Source of the DNA: Parcubacteria group bacterium Gr01-1014_31
GTDB lineage: Bacteria; Patescibacteriota; Patescibacteriia; Buchananbacterales; GWA2-38-13
DNA: 64,000 nt
Reading direction: 5' to 3'
NCBI GenBank assembly: GCA_007376135.1
Contig: VMFR01000005.1
Span: forward strand, 4,141-68,140
A model generated the notes under the pieces. That model did not search any database and was not told where the DNA came from. It worked only from the letters and a program-made list of their open reading frames with translations. Shown one piece after another: positions 25,859-34,741 of this stretch. Each line of letters begins with the position of its first letter. The first letter of the stretch is position 1. A program made the position numbers and the translations under genes.

Positions 25859-25931
25859 AGATTCCCTCTGCGTCTCGGGAATGACGATTTGTTTTCCCCC
25901 TCACCCAACCCTCTCCCACATCGGGGAGAGG
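25859..25931. repeat. Two REP-like hairpins
   Basis: AGATTCCCTCTGCGTCTCGGGAATGAC (ATTCCC..GGGAAT family, as at 22662) and CCCTCACCCAACCCTCTCCC-ACATCG-GGGAGAGG. Confidence 0.6.
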
Positions 25932-25965
25932 AAAATTATTTTGGGTATAATACAGGTGCTCCTGG

Positions 25966-27429
25966 TTAGTCACCCAAATCAATCACCTCATCAATACGGA
26001 TCTGCGCGACAAAGTCGGGCAAATGCGAGACTAGCACCATTCCGCCGGCGTACTGATCCAGTGCCTGCGCAATGATGGGCAGGTGGCGGAAGTTGATGTG
26101 GTTGGTGGGCTCATCCAGCAGCAGGACGGCGGGCGCCAGGAGTACCAGTCGGCAGAACGACAGCAACCCTTTCTGGCCTTCGGATAACGCGCGGATGGGG
26201 CTGGAAAGCAGCTTCCCGTCAAGCAGGAAACCCGCCGCGGCAGAGCGCAAGAGGTGCTCGTCGGGGCGCTCCATCGCGGCTTTGAGCACCGCGAACGCCG
26301 TCAGGTCGGGGTCCAGGTTGCTGAAATCCTGCTTGTAGTATCCCACGCGCACTTCGGGAGAGATGACTGCATCATCAAAACCGCCGGCATTCAACCGTTC
26401 CAGCAGCGTACTCTTACCCACCCCGTTGGGCCCCGCCAGCAGGACGTGGGTGTCTTTTCGCACCGTCAGATCCAGCGGCCGGCGCACGGGGGCGTGGTTT
26501 TTCAGCGCGGTCACGGCGCGAAACGCGATGAGCTGGCCGTCGAAGTGCCGATCCAGCGCCTGGACCGGAATGGTGAACGGGCGGATGACCTTGTCTTCGC
26601 GGCGCACGTCCACCATCTGTTCTTCGGCAGTCTCGGCAACTTGGCGCATGCGTTTGGCGACGCTCCGCAATTTTCCCCCCTTGTGAGCAAACACTTCCGC
26701 TTGGGCGCGCTTTTCCCGCACCTGCGCTGCCAGGCGCGCGTTCTGCAGATTTTCCCGCTCGATGCGATTTTTGATCTCCTCCACCACCACGCTGTAGTTG
26801 CCGGTGTACTGCTCGATGGTGTGGTTGAACGCGTCCAGATACAGCACGCCGTCGGAAAACGCGTTGAGAAAATCCGCATCGTGGGAGATGACCACGCAGG
26901 TTTTCTCATACGCCATCAAAAAACCGGTCAGGTGCTCGATGCCGATGGCGTCCAGATTATTGGTGGGCTCGTCCAGCAGCAGGACATCCGGGTGCTGGAT
27001 GAGCGCGTGGGCCAGCAACAGCCTAGCTCTCTGGCCGCCGGAACATTTGTTCAGGTGGCGCTCGAAGGGAACGGACAGGTGCACTACTTCGCACACCTCG
27101 GCGATGAGTTTATCGAGATTGTACTTCTGCTCGGTGAACGCGCTGGCAAAGTATTCGCGCACCGTGTGGCCCAGCATCGCTTTGGGCATCACCTGCCGCG
27201 CAATGCCGATGGTGGCATCGGCGGGCGTGAGAAATACGGAACCCTCGGTCGGGGCAAGTTCTCGGGTGATGAGCTTGAAGATGGTGCTCTTGCCGGCGCC
27301 GTTCTGGCCCATCAAGGTGATGCGGCTGCCCGTGCGGACGGAAAAACTGGCTTCCTCAAGCAGCTTATGATCGTGCTCGTATTCGAAGCTCACGTTCGAG
27401 AACCGAAGGATGACGTTATCGTTGGCCAT
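25966..27429 (-). CDS. ABC-F family ATP-binding protein
   Basis: Two ABC domains (GQNGAGKST..SGGQR..LLLDEPTN; GPNGVGKST..LSEGQK..LLLDEPTNH) and no TM domain. Confidence 0.92.
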   Translation of the reverse strand: MANDNVILRFSNVSFEYEHDHKLLEEASFSVRTGSRITLMGQNGAGKSTIFKLITRELAPTEGSVFLTPADATIGIARQVMPKAMLGHTVREYFASAFTEQKYNLDKLIAEVCEVVHLSVPFERHLNKCSGGQRARLLLAHALIQHPDVLLLDEPTNNLDAIGIEHLTGFLMAYEKTCVVISHDADFLNAFSDGVLYLDAFNHTIEQYTGNYSVVVEEIKNRIERENLQNARLAAQVREKRAQAEVFAHKGGKLRSVAKRMRQVAETAEEQMVDVRREDKVIRPFTIPVQALDRHFDGQLIAFRAVTALKNHAPVRRPLDLTVRKDTHVLLAGPNGVGKSTLLERLNAGGFDDAVISPEVRVGYYKQDFSNLDPDLTAFAVLKAAMERPDEHLLRSAAAGFLLDGKLLSSPIRALSEGQKGLLSFCRLVLLAPAVLLLDEPTNHINFRHLPIIAQALDQYAGGMVLVSHLPDFVAQIRIDEVIDLGD

Positions 27430-27450
27430 GGGGGAAATAATATTTCTCTA

Positions 27451-27512
27451 CTTCGAGCGAGCCGCGCGAGTCGAGAAGTAAGCTCATAGGTAGCTTCTCG
27501 ACAAGCTCGAAG
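27451..27512. repeat. Bipartite inverted repeat
   Basis: CTTCGAGC..GTCGAGAAG / CTTCTCGAC-AA-GCTCGAAG. Confidence 0.65.
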
Positions 27513-27573
27513 GCTATTTTTTACTTTTCAACTATTCCTCAACCGTTTCAAAATACTGGCTCATCCCAAATGC

Positions 27574-28839
27574 CTAGCAACTGTTCCCTGCCACAAAACC
27601 GGTCGTCCAACACAACTGCAGACTGTAGCCCCCCGAAGGACGGTCAATGTTCAAAACGTCGCCGACCAAATAGAGATTCGGCACCAGCCGCGACTGCATG
27701 GTTTTAAAATCCACCTCGGGCAGCGCGACACCGCCCGACGACACCACGGCCTTATCCGCACCCAGCAGGCCCTGCACGTGCAGGGGTATGGCCTTGAGCA
27801 GCGCGACCAGAGCGCGTCGGTCAGCACTGCGTACGCTGTGGTTGGCAGTCTCGCCATCAATACCGGCAAGCTCCAAAATTGCGGCCACCAGCGCCGCCGG
27901 AATGAGCCTACCCAAAGTATTTTTCAATTTTTTATTGCTCTCGGCCACCAGGTGGGTTTGCAGCTCTTGGCGCAGCTGGGCGTGGTCCCGGGACGGGAAC
28001 AGGTCCAGTACGATTTGCACGTCGCCGTAGCGCAGCAGCTCGCCCACGTGTTTGCTCATGTTCAACACCACGGGCCCACTGATGCCAAAATGCGTGAACA
28101 GGAGCTTGCCCTTGTGTACCTCCTGCTTCTGCTGATTTTGGAACGTGGTGAGTTTGCACGCTGGCAGAGCCACGCCGCCCAATTTTTTCGCCCATGCGTC
28201 GTGGAGCGCAATAGGCACCAGGGCAACGTCATTTTCTATGATGGTATGGCCGAGCTGCTTCAGCCAGGCGTAGCCCTCGCCCGTGGAGCCGGTTTCCGGC
28301 CGCGAAGTGCCGCCCGTCGCCACGATGCACGCTGCGGCCTCCAGCTCGGGCGCATTTTTGCGCCGGATGCGGATGTGGCCCGTGCTTTGGTCCACCGCCA
28401 AACCGCGAACGGCGGCGGAAGTTTGTACCTGCACGCCGCCTTGCCGCACGTAGCCGGCCAGCACGTCGAGCACCGACTGCGCGGAATTGGAAACCGGAAA
28501 TACCCTCCCCTCCGCCTCAACTTTCGTCGCCATCCCGCGAGCGTGGAAAAAACTTAAGCTTTCCTCCATGCCAAACTGCGAAAACGCGGAGAACAGGAAT
28601 TTGTCATTGCCTTTGTATTTGGCGAGCAGCGTGCGGGTCTGGGGCGCGGCGTTGGTCACATTGCACCGTCCGCCGCCGGTGATGAGCAGTTTCTTCCCCA
28701 AGATGGCATTTTTCTCCAACAGCAACACCGAACGGCCGCGCTCGGCCGCCCGGCCGGCCGCCATCATCCCAGCCGGACCGCCGCCGATGACCACCACTTC
28801 CCAGCGGGTTGGAGCAATGGGTTTCCCCTGCGACATCAT
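27574..28839 (-). CDS. HI0933/BaiN-family NAD(P)/FAD-dependent oxidoreductase
   Basis: IGGGPAGMMAA, GKKLLITGGGRCNVTN, GRVFP, TGSTGEGY, LFTHFGISGP, GGYSLQLCWTTG. Confidence 0.93.
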   Translation of the reverse strand: MMSQGKPIAPTRWEVVVIGGGPAGMMAAGRAAERGRSVLLLEKNAILGKKLLITGGGRCNVTNAAPQTRTLLAKYKGNDKFLFSAFSQFGMEESLSFFHARGMATKVEAEGRVFPVSNSAQSVLDVLAGYVRQGGVQVQTSAAVRGLAVDQSTGHIRIRRKNAPELEAAACIVATGGTSRPETGSTGEGYAWLKQLGHTIIENDVALVPIALHDAWAKKLGGVALPACKLTTFQNQQKQEVHKGKLLFTHFGISGPVVLNMSKHVGELLRYGDVQIVLDLFPSRDHAQLRQELQTHLVAESNKKLKNTLGRLIPAALVAAILELAGIDGETANHSVRSADRRALVALLKAIPLHVQGLLGADKAVVSSGGVALPEVDFKTMQSRLVPNLYLVGDVLNIDRPSGGYSLQLCWTTGFVAGNSC

Positions 28840-28860
28840 GGTTATAACGTTCCTGACGAG

Positions 28861-28890
28861 AAGAACCGCCCTCCATGGAGGGCGGTTCTT
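28861..28890 (-). terminator. Hairpin terminator after the cold-shock gene
   Basis: AAGAACCGCCCTCC-AT-GGAGGGCGGTTCTT palindrome. Confidence 0.65.
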
Positions 28891-28902
28891 GCACTGCTGC
28901 GC

Positions 28903-29100
28903 TTACGCGCGAGCGACGTTGGTGGCGGCCGGACCCTTGGGCCCGTCCACGACCTCAAAGGTTACCGTGTCGCCGACCTTCAGTTCGCTGTAGGTCACTC
29001 CCTTGAGTTCCTTGGAGTGAAAAAACAGGTCTTTGGCCTCGCCTTCGCGGGCGATGAACCCAAAGCCTTTTTCCGTCAGCGTCTTGATAGTACCAGTCAT
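28903..29100 (-). CDS. Cold-shock domain protein
   Basis: KGFGFI (RNP1), LFFHS (RNP2), GPKGPAATNV. Confidence 0.95.
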   Translation of the reverse strand: MTGTIKTLTEKGFGFIAREGEAKDLFFHSKELKGVTYSELKVGDTVTFEVVDGPKGPAATNVARA

Positions 29101-29483
29101 GTAATTGTGCGTACGTTAACTTATTTTCAGAAACTCGACAACGATTTCTGTAGCTTAGCAGCGTGCCGCCACTCTAGCACAAACGTAGGATTATTTCAAA
29201 TTCCCTGAGCGTCAGGTGCGCCCATTGGTTTCTGACACCTTTTGGTACCTTTCTTAGACCACCGCCGTCGGCGGGGCAAGAAGGTACCGCTAAAGTCGCG
29301 CCCCGTGTCGGAAAGTAGAAAAAATCGGGTTGCTTGACTTCCGCATGGGCGGCAGTGACGGTCCGGCCGCTGCTGCCAAATACATATTGACGAACATAGA
29401 TGTTTGACCTAAATATTACAGTACTTCCACGCCCCTTTCGGGGAGGTCGACGGCGGGACTAAAGGTAACTTATATTTTTTCTT

Positions 29484-30116
29484 ATGATAGCAACTCTTCC
29501 CATGCCGATGCGACGCGCAGCAGCCTTGCTGGCGGCAGCCGGGCTGCTCCTGGCGGGGCTCATGTTCGCGCTGCAACAGCGGCCGGCGCAGGCGGCTCCG
29601 TCCTCCGCGGCGGGCGGCATGTGTCCCCGCGACACGGCCGGCACGATCTATCTCGAGATCAAAGGTATTGAGGGCGAATCCAAGGACCAGCAGCATCCGG
29701 GCTGGCTAGAACTTGAATCCTACAGCTGGGGCATGACCCAGACGGGCGCGATCGGCGGCGGTGGGGGCGGCGGCGCCGGCAAGGTCAGCATGCAGGATTT
29801 CCACTTCACGATGAAGATGGATAAAGCCTCGCCCAAACTGATGCAGGCCTGTGCACTTGGCGAGCACCTCCGCGAGGTCAAGCTGGACGTGCGGCGCCCC
29901 AACGCCCCGGAATCCTTCCTGCAGTGGACGATGGAAGACGTTTTCTGCTCGTCATACCAGACGAGCAACATCGCAAACGGCGACGCCCTTCCGACCGAGC
30001 AGGTCAGCCTGAACTTCGGCAAGATCAAGGTTTCCTACACCGAGCAGGACAAGATGTGCAAACCGGGCGAAAAAACCGAATTCCAGTGGGACGCGGAGAC
30101 CAATACCGGCGTCTAG
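29484..30116 (+). CDS. hcp: Hcp-family (T6SS tube-like) protein with N-terminal signal peptide
   Basis: YLEIKGIEGESKD..HPGWLELESYSWG, GGGGAGKVSMQDFHFT..MDKASPKLMQACALGEHL, PTEQVSLNFGKIKVSY..Q, WD. Preceded by MRRAAALLAAAGLLLAGLMF..PAQA. The true start may be 29502 or 29508. Confidence 0.88.
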   Translation: MIATLPMPMRRAAALLAAAGLLLAGLMFALQQRPAQAAPSSAAGGMCPRDTAGTIYLEIKGIEGESKDQQHPGWLELESYSWGMTQTGAIGGGGGGGAGKVSMQDFHFTMKMDKASPKLMQACALGEHLREVKLDVRRPNAPESFLQWTMEDVFCSSYQTSNIANGDALPTEQVSLNFGKIKVSYTEQDKMCKPGEKTEFQWDAETNTGV

Positions 30117-30136
30117 CGGCCTTTTCCACCGGATGC

Positions 30137-30164
30137 AAAAACCCCCGGGCGCTCCGGGGGTTTT
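30137..30164 (+). terminator. Rho-independent terminator after hcp
   Basis: AAAACCCCCGG-GCGCT-CCGGGGGTTTT. Confidence 0.7.
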
Positions 30165-30236
30165 GTTTTCTACGTTATCGCCGATCAAGGCATTTTGTGG
30201 TAGAATACAGTACATCGAAATAATAACCCAACCTAT

Positions 30237-32042
30237 ATGCCAAAGCGAGCGCCCCGCAAGCGGCAACCGCACCCGCTGTCCCTCCACGCGAAAATCGCGC
30301 ACACGTATGCCTGGCTGATGGTCTGGACGTACGCTGATTTCGTTTTGGGGGTGATCATCGGAGCGACGGTGTTTTCCCTCTTCCCCCCGACGGTCACGCC
30401 CGGGGCTCTCCGCGCCTACGCCGCGCCGGGAGTCACCATGGCGGCGACGGCCGTTGCCTCGCCGTCCGCCTACGTCATCTACGTCAGCGTGGATGGCTTG
30501 CGCCCGGACGCCGTCACGAATCTGGGACCGGCCGGCGCGCCGAATTTCTACCGCCTGATCAACGAGGGGGCAACGACCTTGAACGCCCGCACCGACTACG
30601 ACTATACCATCACCCTGCCCAACCACGTGACGATGGCCACCGGACGAGGGGTCAACGGCAGCAACGGCCACAACTGGACCTTGAACTCCGACCCCGCGCC
30701 CGGCCAGACCATCCACAGCAACAAGGGCAGCTATGTGGCCAGCGTCTTTGACGTCGCCCACGACAACGGCCGTCGGACCGGCCTGCTGGCGAGCAAAACC
30801 AAGTTCAGCTTGTTCGATACCAGCTACGACGCCGCCAACGGCGCGCCGGACACCACGGGAACGGACAACGGCCGCGACAAGATCGACACCTACGTGTACA
30901 ACGGCAGCACCGCCAACCTGACGTCGCGCTTCATCAACGACATGAACGCCAATCCCTATCATTTCAGCTTTGTCCACTTTGCCGACCCCGACACGGTTGG
31001 CCACGCCAACGGCTGGAACCCCACGCCCGGTTCCGCCTATTCCAACGCGGTGAAAACCGTGGACGGGTACCTCGGGCAGATCCTACAGCTCATTGACTCC
31101 AACAGCACGTTGAATGGCAACACGACGCTCATCGTTTCCGCCGACCACGGCGGCAGCGGAGGCGACCACTCCAACGCCACGCTGCCGGAGGACTACACCA
31201 TCCCGTTCTTCGCCTGGGGGAAAAATACGGCCGCCGCTGCCGAGCTCTACGGGCTCAATCCGGCCTCGCGGCTTGACCCGTTCACCGGGCGCCCGACCTA
31301 CGGCGCAACGCCGCAGCCCATCCGTAATGGCGACGCGGGCAATCTGGCGCTCTATCTGCTGGCGCTGCCCCCCATCCCGACTTCCTTCATCAACGCCAGC
31401 CAGGACCTCGCGCTGACGGCGGGTGGCCCCACTTCCCCGGTCGCCAACGCCGGGCCGGACCAGTCTAAAACGGACACGGATAACACTGGGAGCGAAACCT
31501 TTACGCTTGACGGGAGCGGCTCCTTTGACCCCGACGGGACCATTACTGCCTACGAATGGTCCGAGGGCGGCTCGACCATCGCGACCACCCCCACGTTCAG
31601 CCGGGATTTCGCCGTCGGTTCGCACTCCGTGTACCTGACCGTCACCGACGACAGCGGGCTGACCAGCCTGGACACTGCGGTGGTTACCGTCAACCCGTAT
31701 GTGGCGCCGCCGCCAGCGACCACGATCCATGTCGGGGGCATCACCATGGGCAAGGAAACGACCATTCGCGGCAAAAAACCCTACTGCCGCGCCATCGCCG
31801 CCGTGGCCATCGTCAACCAGGACAACGCGTCGATCAAGAGCGCCAACGTAATGGGCCAATGGGCAGGGTCGGTAACCGCGACTGCCAGCCTTTCCACGAA
31901 TCGGAACGGTGTTGCCACGTTCCGCAGTTCGTGGACGCAAAATTGCGGGGTCTTTACCTTCACGGTTGCCGACGTGGTGCTGGCTGGATACGTGTACGAC
32001 CCGTCGCTGAACGTAGCAACCACCGCCAGCATCAGCTTCTAG
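30237..32042 (+). CDS. Exported alkaline-phosphatase-superfamily enzyme (phosphodiesterase/NPP-like) with PKD domain
   Basis: YVSVDGLRPD, TITLPNHVTMATG (Thr nucleophile), HFADPDTVGH, VSADHGG; PVANAGPDQ..LDGSGSFDPDG.I..YEW PKD module. Confidence 0.87.
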   Translation: MPKRAPRKRQPHPLSLHAKIAHTYAWLMVWTYADFVLGVIIGATVFSLFPPTVTPGALRAYAAPGVTMAATAVASPSAYVIYVSVDGLRPDAVTNLGPAGAPNFYRLINEGATTLNARTDYDYTITLPNHVTMATGRGVNGSNGHNWTLNSDPAPGQTIHSNKGSYVASVFDVAHDNGRRTGLLASKTKFSLFDTSYDAANGAPDTTGTDNGRDKIDTYVYNGSTANLTSRFINDMNANPYHFSFVHFADPDTVGHANGWNPTPGSAYSNAVKTVDGYLGQILQLIDSNSTLNGNTTLIVSADHGGSGGDHSNATLPEDYTIPFFAWGKNTAAAAELYGLNPASRLDPFTGRPTYGATPQPIRNGDAGNLALYLLALPPIPTSFINASQDLALTAGGPTSPVANAGPDQSKTDTDNTGSETFTLDGSGSFDPDGTITAYEWSEGGSTIATTPTFSRDFAVGSHSVYLTVTDDSGLTSLDTAVVTVNPYVAPPPATTIHVGGITMGKETTIRGKKPYCRAIAAVAIVNQDNASIKSANVMGQWAGSVTATASLSTNRNGVATFRSSWTQNCGVFTFTVADVVLAGYVYDPSLNVATTASISF

Positions 32043-32067
32043 GCGCTCGCGGGAAAAACAATTCGCC

Positions 32068-32099
32068 AAAAAGCGCCGTCCTAGGACGGCGCTTTTTTT
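32068..32099. terminator. Bidirectional terminator
   Basis: AAAAGCGCCGTC-CTAG-GACGGCGCTTTTTT. Confidence 0.75.
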
Positions 32100-32120
32100 A
32101 CTGCGGCAAGCAGGACCGGC

Positions 32121-32189
32121 TTAATTACTCTGCAAATTCTTCTTCAGGAACGCGAGCGTCTTTTCCCAGGCGTCCTTGGTCTCCTGCGG
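32121..32189 (-). pseudogene. Probable 3' remnant of a dienelactone-hydrolase-family gene
   Basis: Minus strand reads PQETKDAWEKTLAFLKKNLQSN*, resembling the DAW..TLAFL C-terminal helix of that family; an in-frame TGA lies immediately upstream. Confidence 0.5.
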
Positions 32190-32230
32190 TCAGGCCGGCG
32201 CGTGCCGGCCTGACCGCAGGAGAGAAACAA

Positions 32231-32713
32231 TTACTGGCGCCGCCGCGCGCGGACGAACAGGAAGACCGCGATGGCGGCCACGGCAATGACAATGACCCAC
32301 GACATCGGCCCGCCCTTCGCACTCTCCCCGGCAGTTGCCGGGGCATCGGTTCCCAGAGCCGGCACCGGCGTGCCAACCACCCGCTCCTCCGCGGTGATGT
32401 CGTCTTGCTTGTCCGCGACCCCGTCGGCGTTCGTGTCGGTCAGCTCGGCAACGACTTGGTCATTTTCCCAGCGCAGCCAGAGGTCGTTCTTGCCGTCCTC
32501 ATTCTGGTCGTACGCGGTCAACACCATGGCCTCGCCGTCGTAGTAGGTGGTGCGGTCGGTCTTGCCGTTGCCGTCGGTGTCGGCGGCAACCACCTCGGTA
32601 TACGCGACGCTCTGCCCATATACCTCCACGGTCTGAGGGGTGGTGGTCTGGGCGAACGCCAGGACCGGGGCGAACAGCGCAATGGTACTGAGAGAAAAAA
32701 TGCGGTTTCGCAT
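32231..32713 (-). CDS. Exported protein with Ca-binding-like DxDxDG repeats and C-terminal TM anchor
   Basis: Signal peptide; DTDGNGKTD, DQNEDGKND, DTNADGVAD; TM segment followed by RARRRQ; ATG 32713. Confidence 0.75.
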   Translation of the reverse strand: MRNRIFSLSTIALFAPVLAFAQTTTPQTVEVYGQSVAYTEVVAADTDGNGKTDRTTYYDGEAMVLTAYDQNEDGKNDLWLRWENDQVVAELTDTNADGVADKQDDITAEERVVGTPVPALGTDAPATAGESAKGGPMSWVIVIAVAAIAVFLFVRARRRQ

Positions 32714-32718
32714 AGCAA

Positions 32719-33924
32719 TTACTGGTTTGCCTTGGCCTTCTCTTTCTGGCAAGCGTCGATGAGCGAGGACTTCACGCGGTCTTTCTCCTTGGCCTCCCAC
32801 TGGACCAGATCATTCTGGAATTGGGAAGCCTGCTGCTTGAGCACGTCGGCCTGCAGGCGGCGCGCGCGGTTCTTCAGATAGCTTTCCTGCAGCACGTCGT
32901 CGATGCCGCGGTTCTTCAGGTGTTGCTGGCGGAGGATCTCCACCTCTTCGTCGGTCAGGTCGGCCGAGCCGAAGGTGGATTTCACCGATTCCGAGACCAC
33001 GGTGGTGGCGATGGTCAGGGGATCGCCGACGCTCTCCAGCGCGTCCAGCGCCGCGGACAGCCCGACGGACTTGACCTTACCCGTCACCGAATCCGTGTTG
33101 ATGGCCAGCTTGGAATCGCCGGGCGTCACCTGTCGCACCAGCTTGATCTTGGCCGCGAGCACTTCCGCGACGCTCTCGAAATCCAGCACCTTCTCAAAGC
33201 TGCCCTTCATGCCGCGGTTGGCATCGATGGTGTCGTAGGTCACCCAGGCCAGCCGCCAGAAAGATTTCAACAGGTTCGTCTTGATGTTTTGGACCAGCGC
33301 CTGCTTGTACTCGCGCAGCTCCACGCGCACCAGCCGGTCGACTTCCATATCGCGTTCCAGGAGGAAGATCTCGAGCTTCGCATCAACGATCTTACCCATG
33401 GTCGCCGCGTGTTCCTTGCCTTCAAAGCTGCGGTCCGACGGCGCGATGCGGTCGTCCAGGTCCGAGTACTTCTTCCAGTCGCTATCGAAAACCGACGCGT
33501 TGATCTGGCAGGTCTTTGGGTTGATGGGGCCGCTCAGGTCGGCGGCCTCCTCGGCATCCACGCATTTGCCGTTCACGGCCTTGGTGCCTTCCTTGCAGTA
33601 ACGGCACTCGTCGGAGGCAAAGATGCCCCCGGCAGCCTCGCAATTGCCCTTGAAAGCCGCGCGTAACTCATCCACCCAGGCTTTGTAGCCGGCTTGGACC
33701 TTGCTGTTGGCCGCGCTCTTGCTCTGGCCGATGTCCTTGCAGTACTCGTTGTGGAACGCGCACTTACAGTAGCGGAAATCCATCTTCGCCCCGCAGTAGT
33801 CGTCGCGGATGTCGGGGGCGCGGAATTTGTCCACCTTGGCGTACGACGCGGCGAACGCGACGGCGGCAAAACCAAGCCCCGCCGCGACCGCGGCTCTCGT
33901 CCCCCAGGCGCGCATAGATTTCAT
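32719..33924 (-). CDS. Secreted protein with Cys-rich N-terminus and coiled-coil body
   Basis: Signal peptide (AVAFA), many Cys in the first ~140 aa, 401-aa ORF 5 bp upstream of the next gene. Confidence 0.7.
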   Translation of the reverse strand: MKSMRAWGTRAAVAAGLGFAAVAFAASYAKVDKFRAPDIRDDYCGAKMDFRYCKCAFHNEYCKDIGQSKSAANSKVQAGYKAWVDELRAAFKGNCEAAGGIFASDECRYCKEGTKAVNGKCVDAEEAADLSGPINPKTCQINASVFDSDWKKYSDLDDRIAPSDRSFEGKEHAATMGKIVDAKLEIFLLERDMEVDRLVRVELREYKQALVQNIKTNLLKSFWRLAWVTYDTIDANRGMKGSFEKVLDFESVAEVLAAKIKLVRQVTPGDSKLAINTDSVTGKVKSVGLSAALDALESVGDPLTIATTVVSESVKSTFGSADLTDEEVEILRQQHLKNRGIDDVLQESYLKNRARRLQADVLKQQASQFQNDLVQWEAKEKDRVKSSLIDACQKEKAKANQ

Positions 33925-33972
33925 AACGGCACCAGTTTTACACTTCCCGCTGCTCCCGTCAACGCAGGCTAT

Positions 33973-34656
33973 TCACAGGTAGGCGACGTAACGGTACATC
34001 ACCCAGAAATGGCTGAAGCTGCCGGCGATGACGAAGAGGTGGAAGATCTCGTGCATCCCCAGCCAGCGGGTGCGCGGCAGGACCCGGTCGAGACCGAAAA
34101 AGACGGTGCCCAGCGTGTAGAGGATGCCTCCGGCAAACAGCCAGGCAATGCCGGCCGCAGGCAGGATGGTCACGAGTTTTGCCATGGCAACCATCACCAG
34201 CCAGCCGATGCCGATGTAGAGAAAGACCGACAGCCACGGGTTCAACATGATGCCCGCGCCCTTGAGGATGGCGCCGGCGAGCGCCAAACCCCAGACGACC
34301 CCGAACAGCGTCCAGCCCCAACCGCCGCCGAGCGCCACCAGGCAAATGGGTGTATACGTGCCCGCGATAAGCAGGTAGATGGTCGCATGATCAATGCGTC
34401 GCAGGATAAGCTTCCCCCGCCAGGACGCCGGCGCCAGGTGGTAGAACGTACTGGCCAGGTACAGGAGCAGCAGCGTCGCCCCGAAGACCGAGAACGAAAC
34501 GACCTCGCGCGCCGTGCCGGAAACCGCCGCAAACCCGATGAGCGCGACGGTACCCAGCACCGACAGCAGGAACGCCGCAAAGTGCAGCAGGCTGCTGCCG
34601 GGCTCATTATCCGCCTGAGGATGGAGCACGAGATGCCGAACCGGGTAGCCCATCAT
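33973..34656 (-). CDS. Hemolysin III / PAQR family membrane protein
   Basis: LYLASTFYH, RRIDHATIYLLIAGTYTP, GGILYTLG, HEIFHLFVIAGSFSHF. Confidence 0.93.
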   Translation of the reverse strand: MMGYPVRHLVLHPQADNEPGSSLLHFAAFLLSVLGTVALIGFAAVSGTAREVVSFSVFGATLLLLYLASTFYHLAPASWRGKLILRRIDHATIYLLIAGTYTPICLVALGGGWGWTLFGVVWGLALAGAILKGAGIMLNPWLSVFLYIGIGWLVMVAMAKLVTILPAAGIAWLFAGGILYTLGTVFFGLDRVLPRTRWLGMHEIFHLFVIAGSFSHFWVMYRYVAYL

Positions 34657-34741
34657 ACTTCATCATTATCCTGCGGACAGCTCGCCGCGTCAAAAAAAAG
34701 AGCGCCCACGGCAGGAGCCATGGGCGCAGGAACGGAAAGAT

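Noticed and set aside
29101-29483. Riboswitch or ncRNA between the cold-shock gene and hcp
   Set aside because: Several hairpins are present, but I recognise no family consensus. Divergent promoters and a csp 5' UTR explain the gap; an Rfam/Infernal scan would settle it.
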